A stretch of DNA of 64,000 nucleotides from Epiperipatus broadwayi (Eukaryota; Animalia; Onychophora), in assembly GCA_028023455.1 (NCBI GenBank), contig JAQFVV010000003.1:1-64000 (forward strand), written 5' to 3'. Every line of letters starts with the position of its first letter. Position 1 is the first letter of the stretch. Under the pieces are notes generated by a model, which ran no database searches, had not been told where the DNA came from, and saw only the letters and a list, made by a program, of their open reading frames with translations. The position numbers and the translations under genes are program-made. This document shows, piece after piece, positions 37,121-50,099 of the stretch.

Positions 37121-38974
37121 TAAACATATATCACTTATATAAGACTATATTATTTACAGAATCAGTTAGTTATTGTTGGGTGAAAAGTTTTATGGATCTT
37201 TTTGATTATTTATTCTCTAAATAAGAACAAAATATGACTAGAAATGAGGTAAATTCAAGTGAATTTAAAAATATGATAGTGGCCATGTCACATTGGTGTG
37301 TAAATTACTACACCATAAAGATTTTTATATATACACATAACAGATTATTATACATATAACAACATAATAAAATTTAGTCTCCAATTATAATATGAGTCAG
37401 TGTTTTTTTTTTGCTACTAAATATTAATTTTCAGAAATACATTCAGTATATAAAATGTTCCAGACAAATCTTTATATTAAAAAAATGAGATAATGAGAAG
37501 TTATGGTCTTTTTTCATAAAAAATATTGTCTTATGCTGTGGCTTAGAGAATCTTTCAAATATATGAGTATTAATCTCAGAATATTATATATACAGTAAAT
37601 CTTTCAGGTGTAAAGTTTAATCTTGAATAATCAATAATATATTCTCAAATGAGTATATCTTACTATATCAAAGGATTTGATGTTAACTCATTAAAGATTA
37701 GAATTTGTTTTAAAATAAACAAAAAACCATTATGTCTTATGGATTAAAATCATTTGATTGATGACTAAGTACAGTTTAATATGGAAGCATTTATTTTTTA
37801 TCTCTTTACTGAGCTTTTTTTTATTCCTCTCTGATTTACTTTATGATTTAGTCATTTAAATTTGTATAGAAGACATAAAAAGGCTAGTTTCTCATGCCAC
37901 TGATCATTTATTTATAAGAACTGTGATAAATACATGACATATTTGTATAATTATATTTCTGATTCAAAACGTGAAGTGTTCAGCATTGAGAAAACAATAG
38001 AGATCAAGATTTAACATATGACAATTCTTAGTTTTTATCTTACATAAGGCAATCAATAATTAACCACTCAAAACTAGATTTGAAACAGGGGTTTTATATG
38101 ACAGCATTAAAAATCAACCTGTCTCAAAAGTGAAACAAACAAAGATTATTTTAAAATGGTGATTCTAGCAAAGTTTGACTAGATCATGATGTTTTGTGAA
38201 ATGTTCTTTTAAATAGAGAAATTGTAAGACTAATATTGAAAATGATATTAAATAATGAGGTTCTGATAATAATAATAAAAATATTTAATTATTTTATAAT
38301 TATAGGCATATGAAAAATTTGCTTATTTTAATTATCCAAATGTTCACAAGTCAGTACATGCATCTTAAAAGTTCTTAAAGTTTAAGATTGATCTAGATGA
38401 ATTTAATGAAATGTATCTTCAATAATACTTAATTATAAATAAATAATTTTTTTTGGAAGAATAGACAATCAAATAAAATATTCTAAAAGATATTGGATTC
38501 ACTGTGAGTTTTTAGTTTTTAGTATTATGAGGTACATCAATGCAAAGTATAACAAGTTAAAAATTATTCTGAACAATAATATCCATGCTCACTTTATCAG
38601 TGCTATGCTTAGGTATAAAATTAAAAAAGTTCAGAAAAATAGTTTTATACTGTGCTGAATAATGTTACTTAATCAATCAATTAAAGAATTATATTTTCAT
38701 CCCAGAAATTTTAATACACCTGGGTCTCTTTTTGTGCAGATTTTTTTAATGCAATTTTGAAGATATGTGATTTATGTTTCTTTTTAATATCTTTTTATGC
38801 AGTTTTCTTTTATGTGATAAAGAAGTTCATATTTCACTTAAAATCAGGATTTTCCCATTTTATATACATGCATTAAATTTTACATCATCATTTAAATGCC
38901 TGTTGGAAAAAGGATTGACAATAAATTTAGATACTGTGCCGGTCAAAATATGTTTATCCATCTAACATGAGCTG

Positions 38975-39075
38975 GAACTCACAAAATGTACTTCAAACCC
39001 AGTCGAGCCCAAGATTTAGGTCAGGGACCAGCCTGAATTCGAACCCACTCTCTAAGCCACAGATCAAACATCTAA
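38975..39075 (-). mobile_element. tRNA-derived SINE-like remnant
   Basis: B-box GGGTTCGAATTC on the minus strand (39046-39035). The A box is not clear. Confidence 0.4.
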
Positions 39076-42000
39076 TGGATAACATAATAGTGATGACACA
39101 TGAGAATTAATCTTAATCCGGCCAACTAGCAGAGCTGAGCAAAACAATGAGACATCTATTAACTATGACTATATTAAAATAATATATAAGCATGGTTGTA
39201 ATATGTGGAAGTGGAGAAAAGAGTAATTCAAACTACTCAAATAAGTTAGACAATAAAAATATAGTTTAATATACTGACAAATTATTATACATTTATAAAT
39301 AAATTATAAACATTAGTGTGTGTGTGAATGAGCAAGCGATTACATAGTGTCATTCACGCTATTATTTCTCATATGCTCTTTATTAGCTAAATGATATATT
39401 ATAAATAAACACACATCTTTGGTGGGTCTAATATTAAGATGCCAATCAATATTAGAAAGAAGTTACATAAAATTGCTATTAACACTTTGATTTACGGTTC
39501 TTAAACATGGTGACTAACATATATTTTTCTAGGAGCATTCCGAAATTCATTATACATATGATATAAACTATTTTCACGCCATTGAGGTCATGAAAATAAA
39601 CAAGATACATTTGAAAAACATATTTGAAAATGACATTTGATTAGATGACAAAATATTTAATGAAAATTTATTTTAACGATAGTAAGACGAACGCTTTATT
39701 TTTTCCCAGGCATATACTCTTAAATAGATATATAAATGTTGATGGTGAGATTGTATATGATTGAAATAAACTTAATTAATAAAATAGAAGTAATTGGCAT
39801 TTATATATATCTTTTAAGAAAAGCGTATTTTTAATATTAGAGCATTAAAACTGGGTCATGAAGCAAAAAAAATAATAATATGAAGAAGTTTGCAGTGCTG
39901 ACATAATAGCCTAAAAATAACTAAGAGGAAAAGGTCATGCTTCTGGATGAAAAATGAAATCTCACACCCCCTTCTTGGGTAGTGCTTAGAAAAAAGTATA
40001 TAGGCATGGCGTGGCCCAGACTTTTGTTGGTATAACCAACGCGAGAGGCCTTTTATCTATGGAGTGAATATGCATAGCGTGTGCCAAACTTATGGGATCA
40101 CTGCCAGAGGCATTTTACATGGAATAAATTAGGTTCCAGATAGCTCAACTATCTATGGAACAAGGTACGAAAAGAAATCTATGGGTTCAAACTTGTCACA
40201 ACCCCCAGATTAGAAGACTAGAAGCACGTAATATATATATAATACGAAGATAGGCTAAATGTCAGGAATGCAGAATGAATGATAAATGTCACTAACAACA
40301 TTGAATAAATTTTACTGCTTTAAAAGAGATGACCCTTATTTGAATGCTATAATTTATATAAATAATATCACTATGCAGTTATATATATATATAGAGAGAG
40401 AGAAATTTCATTTATTAAAATATACTTGAAGATTTGATTTAGCAAAAGAAACATTAAGATTTAGATTTCAAATTAATAAAATATATGTTAAGATTTGAAA
40501 TTTAGTAAAAGAAACATTAAGATTTCCCCCATCCCTTTTCTGCTATTTTTAAATAACTCAATCCACCTTCGTGATTTTTATAATAACTGGAATATTTAAA
40601 TACTATATTTGATATTTTAAGAGTATGAAAAATGAAGTAAGATTAGCAGTTATATAGGAAACAAATTATAAGTCACCCTTTCAGAATTTAATAAATAATT
40701 ATAAAATAAATGTTTCAGAGCGTTAATTAGCTTGAGTTCTGGATTTTCACCGCGTAGAAAATTCAGAGTTAAACAAATATATTTTTATAATACCAACATA
40801 AAATGCAAATTCATAAATCAAACTGGCGAACATATTAATTTATAATGCATTACATATATATTTTAAGGGGACATTAATAACCTTTGTATGAAGGTTTAGA
40901 AAAAAAAAAAATGACAGAAAAGATTTTTAGAAATTAAGCTCGCCAGTTTGTGAGATTGACATAATAATAAGCAAGCAGATATATAAATCAAATAATAAAT
41001 ACATGTAAATAAAGGACCGCACCAAAGTTAAGGAAAGTTAAGAGCATATGAGATAGGATTAGATATAAAGAAATCATTTGAGAGCAAATTTACATTCACA
41101 TATTTATATAAAGAGCAAAGTTAAATAATACATGAGAAATATTGATTAGTAGAATTCAAGATTAATTGATCAAGCTAGATTTAGTTTCAATGGTGGCGGT
41201 TTGGAAATAATTTATCTTGCAATTTTAAGAGTCCAATTTAGTACGGCACGTGCACGGCAATTGAAATGCAAGTTCTTCGGTGGCAGCAACTTCTATTAGC
41301 ATTCTAAAGTTCTTTTTTAGACCTTTCTTCATTTCAGGACAGCAGGACATTACAGCAGTGGCAGATGATGACCCAAAAAGGGCCGATGAAAAGTGGTGGA
41401 TTTACTGCTACATCATTTTAAGTTTCACCGCGATGTTAGCAATCATTTTCACTAGAGTAGCTAATCTAATCTCTGCTTTAAAAATCCAGCCATTACTTAT
41501 ACCCTTGCGCAGGTATTTTTGGAATGCTTATCATTAATTAGTTAGTTGTTTTTGAAAGATGCAATTGTAAGATAACGTCCAAAAATAAATTCAAATCTAT
41601 TTCCAGATTAGAAATAGATTTGACAACATGTTTTATACAAAAGAAAATCTTTAATCTACTTAATCCCATTTATTTTAAGTAAAACTTTAATTAAAAAAAT
41701 ACCTCCCTTTAATTATTTTTGGACAATTAACAACAGTCACATCTTCCATATTGGATTTTATAAAAAATATACAGTTTAATAGAAAAACAAGCAATTTAAA
41801 AAGAAAAAGCTAAAAATGACATATAATAAATATTTAAAAACATCAATATTTTGTTAGTAAGTTTTGCTCCTATATATATATATTTGAGCCGCATCTATAA
41901 TACTTTAATAAAAAAGAACTAATAATTAATAAAAAGAATTAATAATAATTTTAAAACATGCTATTGAAACATTAAATTTTATAATTTAGGTGCGCATCTC

Positions 42001-42311
42001 AAATATATACATGAAATATATATACACGACAAAAGGAGCGGGATGGGAAATAGGGATTTAAACATGGGTTAGTAGGTAGAAACATGAAGCACAATCTTAA
42101 GCTAAGATTGACTGCTTCAATACCTTAGAAGATTTAGAAAAAGACAATGAAACAGAAATGGAACTTATTCATTTCACAGCAAAAATGATTTAAGAAAGTC
42201 AACTTTCTAATCAATTGGAAAGTCATTTTTTGTTAATGATATGAATTATGAATGAGTTCTTAAATTCCAACAAGAGCTAAATAGTTGTATGTCTGTTTAT
42301 GTTTATATTTA

Positions 42312-42487
42312 CTTTTATACAAATATATACATGGAGAACCTTTTATACAGAAAAAAGTTACAAGTAAAAATATTTAAAAACTTTTAATTTCTACTTAAAA
42401 AGAATGTATCTTTAAAAGTTTTTAAATATTTTTACTTGTAACTTTTTTCTGTCTAAAAGTTTCTCCATGTATATATGTGTATAAAAG
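42312..42487. repeat. Fold-back inverted repeat: 76-bp arms, 3 mismatches, 24-nt loop
   Basis: 42312-42387 pairs with 42412-42487. Confidence 0.95.
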
Positions 42488-45400
42488 AAAATTTAATCGT
42501 TAGTCATTATTAACACTCATGAAAGCATGGTTTATATATATATAGTTGCACTTGTGGAAGTGCATTCTCTTACAGCTAGACATAATAGTCTGGATATTGT
42601 GAGCTTCATAAACAATAAAATCATCATCTCAAAGTTTAATTACCAATTACATTGTCAACCGAAAACCATTAAAACAGCACAAGACTGAAGTTGGTACTAA
42701 TTGTATTTCCTCTTGTGATAAATCTGATTTCTTACCAATTCACAAACAAGTCTGTATATTGTCAAATAACAATAATGATTAAAATATTTATGAAAAAATG
42801 TAAAATAAATTACATATAAAAAATATTGTTTTGAATAAAATTAAATAGTTAATAAAAAAAGTAAAAAAAGTTTGTCTTGTATCAATTTTTTTCAAATATT
42901 TGAAATTTTTTATTAGTCATACTTTATTTCCTTATTTTTTTATGCAAATTTTAAAGTAATTTTATCTTGTTGCTTTGGTTTTATGCGATTTCTGAAAATT
43001 AAGGAACATATCCCACATTTTTCAATGTAAGTTAAGTCTATTTTTGTGCAATTTTTTTAATGTGGTTTTTCTGTGGAACCTATCTACCACATAAAAAGAA
43101 ACCCAGGTGTACTTGTGTCAACAATAGATTAGGATAGTACTATTGAAAAAAGTGATATTTATTCAGTTGCTATTGAGCTTTGCATAACATATAAATTAAA
43201 TATCATGAACACTTTGTTTAGACATAAGAACTGCTATTAAAACCTTGATGATACTATATTCAAAACAATGTTATCTTATGGATTATCCTGCAGTTAAAAT
43301 TGAGAATATAAAAAAGTTAATATTACAAGACTTTTATAGAAGTGGACTATAGGACAAATCATATGTGATCCAAAATCAAAATTATAGTGGTACAAAAATA
43401 TAGATTCAATTCCAAGTAAATTAATAAAATATCTAAGTCCATTTTTAAAAAAAAATAATTGTTGTTCATGCTAAATTTTCCTAATTGTTAACACTAAAAC
43501 CTCATAGTTGGGGATCATGTTATTGAAATGTGAAATTCTCTTAAAGATGTGTGGATACAATTTAAGATTATATATTGGCTTACTAAAATAAAAAATCCTG
43601 TTTTATTTTCTCATAACAATTATCTTAATGATTTGATCAAAAAAGAAGTATTATCATTTTTTGCTTAGCTACATATTAAAATAATTGGAGAGCTACTTAA
43701 GAACAATAAACATTTTAAAAATAAATCACTGAATGACAAAAAAAATAATAATAATAATAATTAGAAGAATAAAACTGCAATGAAAATACAAACATTTGCT
43801 GATTGTGGTTATTCTATTTTTTCAAAATAAGTAAAAGTAATTAGGATCTCAGTGAATGACAATATTTTACATCATCATGTTTATATTTTGAAAAAGTAGT
43901 GGCTATTACTGACCATCTTTAAAATAATGAAACAAAAATTTAGATGAATTGTATTAGAAATATTTAAATTGATGGTATTAAAATAGGTTTTTATCATCTT
44001 AAATCAGAAAGATTATGAAATTTAATGGAATATCTAAAGAAATTTTAAAACTTGATGGAAATCAATCACCTTCAAAACCATTGAATGATTTTGATTGTCT
44101 TAAAGATAACCACATATTTTATGCCTGATGAAATGTAATAATTCATTACTAATAGTGAAGATTACATTATATTTATATTTTGTATTGTTTGTAGTCAATG
44201 GCACCAACACTCATGTAAAAACCCTAGATTAACCTGAAACTTTACTTTCCAACTAAAAGCAATTAGACTCTTATTAACTGTTATTACTGAATTATTAGTT
44301 ATATTGGATGGGTTATCTATATAAAAAAATCTTAAATCTGTATTTGATATTTAATCTTTCCTGAACTCAGTATCTAGATTGTGGACATAGCATGCAGAGA
44401 TGCTACTCACTATTCTTACGTTTTATACAAATTAAAAAATCATTGTTATTGCCCTGTGCCCTTGGAATAAATCTGAGGCAGTTTTATGAAGCATGTATTA
44501 TTATTTGACATACATATATGAAAGATTATAAGTTTGATAATAGTATTTTATTTTGAATTAATTAAAAAAATTGAATAAGAATTTGGTCTTTTTGGTTTCT
44601 ATATTAACTGATCTAATGTCTTACAATTTTATTTTTGCTCAATTTAATATAGCATTTTACTTTTTTGCACTTTTTCAAGAATTATTATTTGGTTTTCTTA
44701 TAATTGTTTCAACAAAGCCTTCAGCCTTCATTTAGTTAAACTTTTATATTTATTAAGGATTAAACATATCTATGAGAAAGAATACTTATCTGAACAATTA
44801 AAATTGTGTTATCCCCCCCCCTAATCCAATGAAAATTTATAATAAAAAATTACCATTTTTAATACAACCTGTAAACATTTCAATTTAACAATTAATGTTA
44901 AAAAAAAACAACTACTTCATCCATTAGAAGAAAAAAAATATCAATTTTAATCTTAGATAGCTATTAGTTTGAAAATATTGATTAGTTTTAATGTTAGATA
45001 ATTTTTAGGTTGAAAAGTAGACTTTGATATTAAGGTACAGCACAGACATCAATGTGATGCTCCTTCTTTTAATAGATCAAAAAAATATGAATTTAAACTA
45101 TACTGATTTAATAATTTAACTAAATTAGTTTTATATAGAATTGCCATTTTTTAATTTATTGAATAATGGTGAGAAATGAAATTCTATAATGAATAAAACA
45201 TAAAGACCCATAAAAATTTCATTTACAAATGTTCCATAATACTTTTGGAAATACAATGGCAAAATCACAAGATAAATTAATATATTATGCATTTTACTGA
45301 ATAATTTGACATTAAGATAATTAATCATGTTCTCAATAGTCAAAGAAAGGTAATATTTTCTCTTATAATTAGTGGAGATAGCTCACTCATATATAATCAT

Positions 45401-46767
45401 AATTTTTATTTTGCAATCATTATATCAATGCTCATCTGATCAATCCAGGTTAAGCTAGAACTTTTTTTGATAAAAATAGCTACGTATTTGATTACTAATT
45501 ATTATTGACTATTAAATTGAGATGGTTCTTAATCATCTATCTAATATAAAAGATTTAAGTTTATTTCAATACCTGAAAAAATTTCAAGATTCTAGTAACC
45601 TGGATTGAAATACCACTTTCTAGGTATGGTAAGTATGCGCACTCATCATTAAAATAATTAACAAATGGGCTACAAAACTTACTGACCAGAAATTAAATGT
45701 TTTTCTAGATTGGCGGTTACACTTTTTTTAAAAAAATACTTAACTAATAAAATATGGTTAAGCTAGGCTTCACTTCAATTTGAAATTTCAAGTCATCAAA
45801 GTAGCAGATAGAATACCAACTAAAACATCATAAGTTCTTAAGATAATATTATAAAGCAATTTATTTATTGCCTAATGTGGGATTCAAAAAACATATGACA
45901 TAAAAAAACAAAACTGCAGGAAAAACAAAACAGTTTTATTTAAACTGAGAGACTCCGATTTTTAATCCTTCTATTTATTTATTTTTTTTCATTGGGAATT
46001 AATTTAGAAACGTGTGGCTATCCACCCCTCTACGCTATTCTAATTGTTCAAGGCATTAAAGGCAAAATTATTAATTTTATACATCTCAAATAAATAATTT
46101 AATTTATAGCATTTCCGTGCACACCACTATTTTATAATATCTTCACTTGATCTTTAACCAAACAGATTTTTCAGTTAAATATATCTATTTATTTGACCTT
46201 TATTTTTTTGCTGAGCTTTTTATCTGTATTTCTTATTTCTTTAAAAGTAATTAATCCTACTCATCTGATTGATGAAACGCAATTACAAACTGACAGATAC
46301 TTTCTAGCTCTTTTTTTTAAAGTTTAAACTTTTGACAAAAAAATCAAATAAAAGAATTACAAATATTGCATTAGAAATTCCGTTATTTATACAAAATAAT
46401 GAAATATGTCCACATTTGTTTAACACTATAATCAATATTTCTATTGGAGCTTGTAAATACTTTCAATGGTGATTTATTTATAATATGGTTAGTTGCTTTA
46501 AACGTTCTATGTTCTGACACCAAATGTCAGGCAGTTTTTAATTCTTCCATTTGGAATGACATTGTTTTTTTATTTTCTGCAGACAGGAATAGTTTTAGGT
46601 TCATGCTTATTGACTTTTATTAGTTAAATGTAGAAGTGGATTGAAACTGAAATAAGAGTGACAACATCTCTGTGTTTATTTCAGGGCTATTTTAGAACTA
46701 TGAGGTTAACAAGTGTTCTGGACTACTTTAATAATTAAGTATTATTTAATAAAATAATAGAATTAAG

Positions 46768-46880
46768 TACCATATATGGTTTAGTGCAGAAGAAGAGAAA
46801 CATATTTTGGAACTCAAGATTCATGGATTGCCTGTTTCAGTTCTATCATTTTCAGTGCTTGAATTCCTTATGAACTCCTA
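46768..46880 (+). mobile_element. Head fragment of SINE-like family A
   Basis: atggtttagtgcag...aactcaag..gattcat...agtgct.gaa parallels 25355-25455. Confidence 0.5.
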
Positions 46881-48214
46881 AATAATAAATCACTGATTCA
46901 ATTTGTACACATTACTTAAAACATTTTTATCACAATTTTTTATTGTATATATACATGCATAATCTGATATTTTGACAAGCCCTGCAGTCTTCCTCAGAGC
47001 CAGTTGTATTTCACTGTGTATTTGTATATATACAATACTTAAGGTGAGGTGTACATATTAATTATATTTATATAAAATATTAAAGCAAAATAGAGAAGTG
47101 GTAGGTGTAATGACATTTGTAAATAAACCATTGAATAATTTGTTTATAGAAATAAATACAATTTTAATCACATTGTATATTGTTTGTTGTCTTTCCTATT
47201 TGGCATGTATGTAATTCTGAATATATAGTAAAATAAACTGAATTTAAGGTACACAATAGCTAGCACTCAAGAAAAACTAACCTTTGATGCATTTCAAGCC
47301 TGAATTTATACTATTTATAAATGTTACATTCTAAACACAGCATCACTTGAATTTCACTATTTAATTTCAAGATCTGCATTATGAATAGTAAATCAATCTA
47401 CTTATCCTATTGCAGAGCTATCTATTTTAAACTTGAATAATTCATGGATAATAATTTGAGGATTTTGTATAGCACTATTATATAGTATTATTTATTACAC
47501 AGGCTTACAATAGGGATTAAAAATAATGAATTATTGCTTTTAATATAAATGTTTTTTTGGACTGATAATATTAATTTATATATGAAACATTTATTATATT
47601 CTTTCCTTTTGTGCAAAATATTTATACAAATTTTAAAATCTATAATTAGTAACTACTTAAAAATGATATGGCGAAAATAACTTTGGAAAAAAAAGTCACA
47701 TAGATGGAGACAGAAACATTAGAAATGAGAATTTGCCATGACAATATATACCAATCCATAAATCACAAACAGATACAAATATATTATTATACTAATTATT
47801 GTTTCTGTTTATTTGATATATAGTAATGTCATTTTTTTAAATATCTTTTGTAATGAACATAAAAAAATTTGAAATATTTCCAGTGTATAAATAATAATAT
47901 CACTCTTTTATATTCTATTCTTAATCATATTTTTCCAATGAAAGCAATCAATATTGTATTTTTTCAAATAACATTGAAATAATTTTTATAATGTAAATAA
48001 TATCTGCTTTCACAATAAAATACTTTTTTAGAAAGACTGTTACTATCCATTCACTTTATATATTGAATATAGTAAAGTTATGGTGTCACAATAATACACT
48101 CTATAGTATTACTTCAGAAAAGTGAAAAATATATTGATCTTACAATCTTGCTATCATATTTTTATACTTGTGTGAAAAGATTTGTGGCATTGTTTGAAAT
48201 TAATTGCTATCCAC

Positions 48215-48790
48215 CAAAATTTATTCATATTATAAAAATTCTAAATGATGGAATAAAAGGAAATGTTATTATTACAAATAGAAAATCATAGGCATCTGAA
48301 ATAAAAATTGGTATTAAATAAGGATGTGCATTTTCTTCAATATTGTTTTTAATTTTTATGATGATAATCTTTGGAGCTGTTTATAGGCAGTTTAATAAAA
48401 CAGGAATTAAGATGGTATGCATATTTGATGGTGAAATACTTAATTTTAATCAATTAAAAGCAATAACAAATCTTCATCTTCTTGGAGTCTGGATTTTATG
48501 ATTATGCTATTTTTTTTTCCATTCAAAAGACAATGTACAGAATGTATCTAATATTTTGAATGCAACATTTAATATTTTGGTATAATAATTAATATTCAAA
48601 AACCTCAGATTTTTTTTTCCTGTAGTGGAATAAAAATCCTCAGCAATATTTATCATGGATGATTAGCAACTTGAAAAGATAAATCAATTTAAATATCTTG
48701 GTAGTTTTATAAGTAAAAAGATGAATTTAGATATTGAAGTACACCATGAATTCCATTGTTTTGCTTCAGCTTATAAAAAGTTAAAAATAG
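48215..48790 (+). pseudogene. Highly decayed RTE-clade LINE reverse-transcriptase fragment
   Basis: Conceptual translation KFIHIIKILNDG...IGIK*GC...FDGEILNF.QLKAIT...FKYLGSFIS follows RTE/BovB RT motif order. Homologous to 54640-55150. Confidence 0.7.
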
Positions 48791-48814
48791 GGTACAATCA
48801 CTGTTACTAATTAA

Positions 48815-48910
48815 TTGTGGGTCAGCAATATGATATAGAATGGAGAGTTGAGGGTTGTGTGAAAGTCTGAGTTTGAATCCCTTAGATAATTAAATGTATG
48901 TAGAGCAGCT
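48815..48910 (+). mobile_element. SINE-like family B copy truncating the RTE fragment
   Basis: gaaagtctgagtttgaatccc (decayed B box) is shared with the other family B copies. Confidence 0.45.
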
Positions 48911-49426
48911 ATTTAATTTATTGTATGTAATTGAGACTTGATCATTCTGTCAATGCCACATAAAATTATTTTAAAAATTTCATTTAAGGACATTTCATAA
49001 AATTTTAAAAATACAGTGGAAAGGTCATAAAACCATTCAATTTGTTCTTCAAATTGCTGGATGTAATTCTATAAAATCCATATTGTAAAGTCATGCTTTC
49101 ATTGGTTTGAGCATATAAAACAAATGAGCAAAAGCAAGACTTCATAAATGAATGTTTTATAATTTTCATGGAAGAGGTAAATTCCATTTGCTTATAAGAA
49201 TTATTTCAAAGACAATTTAAAAAAGTGAGATATTGGTTGTTTTCATTGGGAAAATAACAGATAATAAAATACATTGAAGAGCTCCAATTAAACATGGTGT
49301 TTAAATATTTCAGGAAAAAAAGTTTTTTGCTAAAAAAATTAAAAGGCATCATAACAAAATATCAAACAAGCAGAAAAATAAACCAGCAATATATATATAT
49401 ATATATATTTTAGGTCTAGTATTAAT

Positions 49427-49466
<40 letters not shown>

Positions 49467-49650
49467 AGTTTTCATAAATTGATTTGTAGTTATTGCACAA
49501 CACATTTCTAGAACATTTTTTTTTTCTTTCTCTGGAATTGGAATGACTATATTTACTTGTGTTACTGCTATATGTATATATGAAACATATTCAAATACAA
49601 TTTTTTGGCTGACTTTGTTAAATTGGATAAAATACTGGTACTATATACAC

Positions 49651-50099
49651 CTAATTTAGTTATAATAATTAAATTTGTAAAATGCATACATGTTACGTTA
49701 AGTAATATATATTAATATATATAACCTTAAGACTATGCACCTGAAAAAATGACAGTAGGGACCTCTGCAAATTTAGTGTTAAAGATTTGCAGAGGTCCCT
49801 ACTGTCATTTTTCAGGTGCATTGTCTTAAGATTATAGCCTTAATATATATTATCTAATTTAGTTACAATAATAATCAGCATTAAGCTAATGCACATGCGC
49901 TTAGTGGATTTTAACAATAAATGAATACTCTCATTTTTAAAATATAAGATAAAGTCTTTGTGAAAGAATAGAATGAATCCACCAATATTCATTTATTATT
50001 AAATCCACAAAGCACATGTGCATTAGTTTAACGCTGATTATTATTACAGTTTAAAACATCACTCTATATAAAGAAATATCTTATTTACTAATTTAGTTA
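49651..50099. repeat. Three 12-bp direct repeats (ctaatttagtta) separating two unrelated long hairpins
   Basis: Repeats at 49651, 49854 and 50088. Hairpin 1 core is 49726-49772/49785-49830, and hairpin 2 is 49867-49927/49986-50045. Confidence 0.9.

Noticed and set aside
40040-40210. Quasi-periodic (c/t)atgg motifs and two ggggg(t)tgtga PPT/LTR-start-like words on the minus strand
   Set aside because: The spacing is irregular, the frames contain stops, and no LTR pair or TSD was found.
44124-44165. CTGATGA hammerhead-like core (also near 33319 and 24397)
   Set aside because: No correctly placed GAAA or flanking stems.
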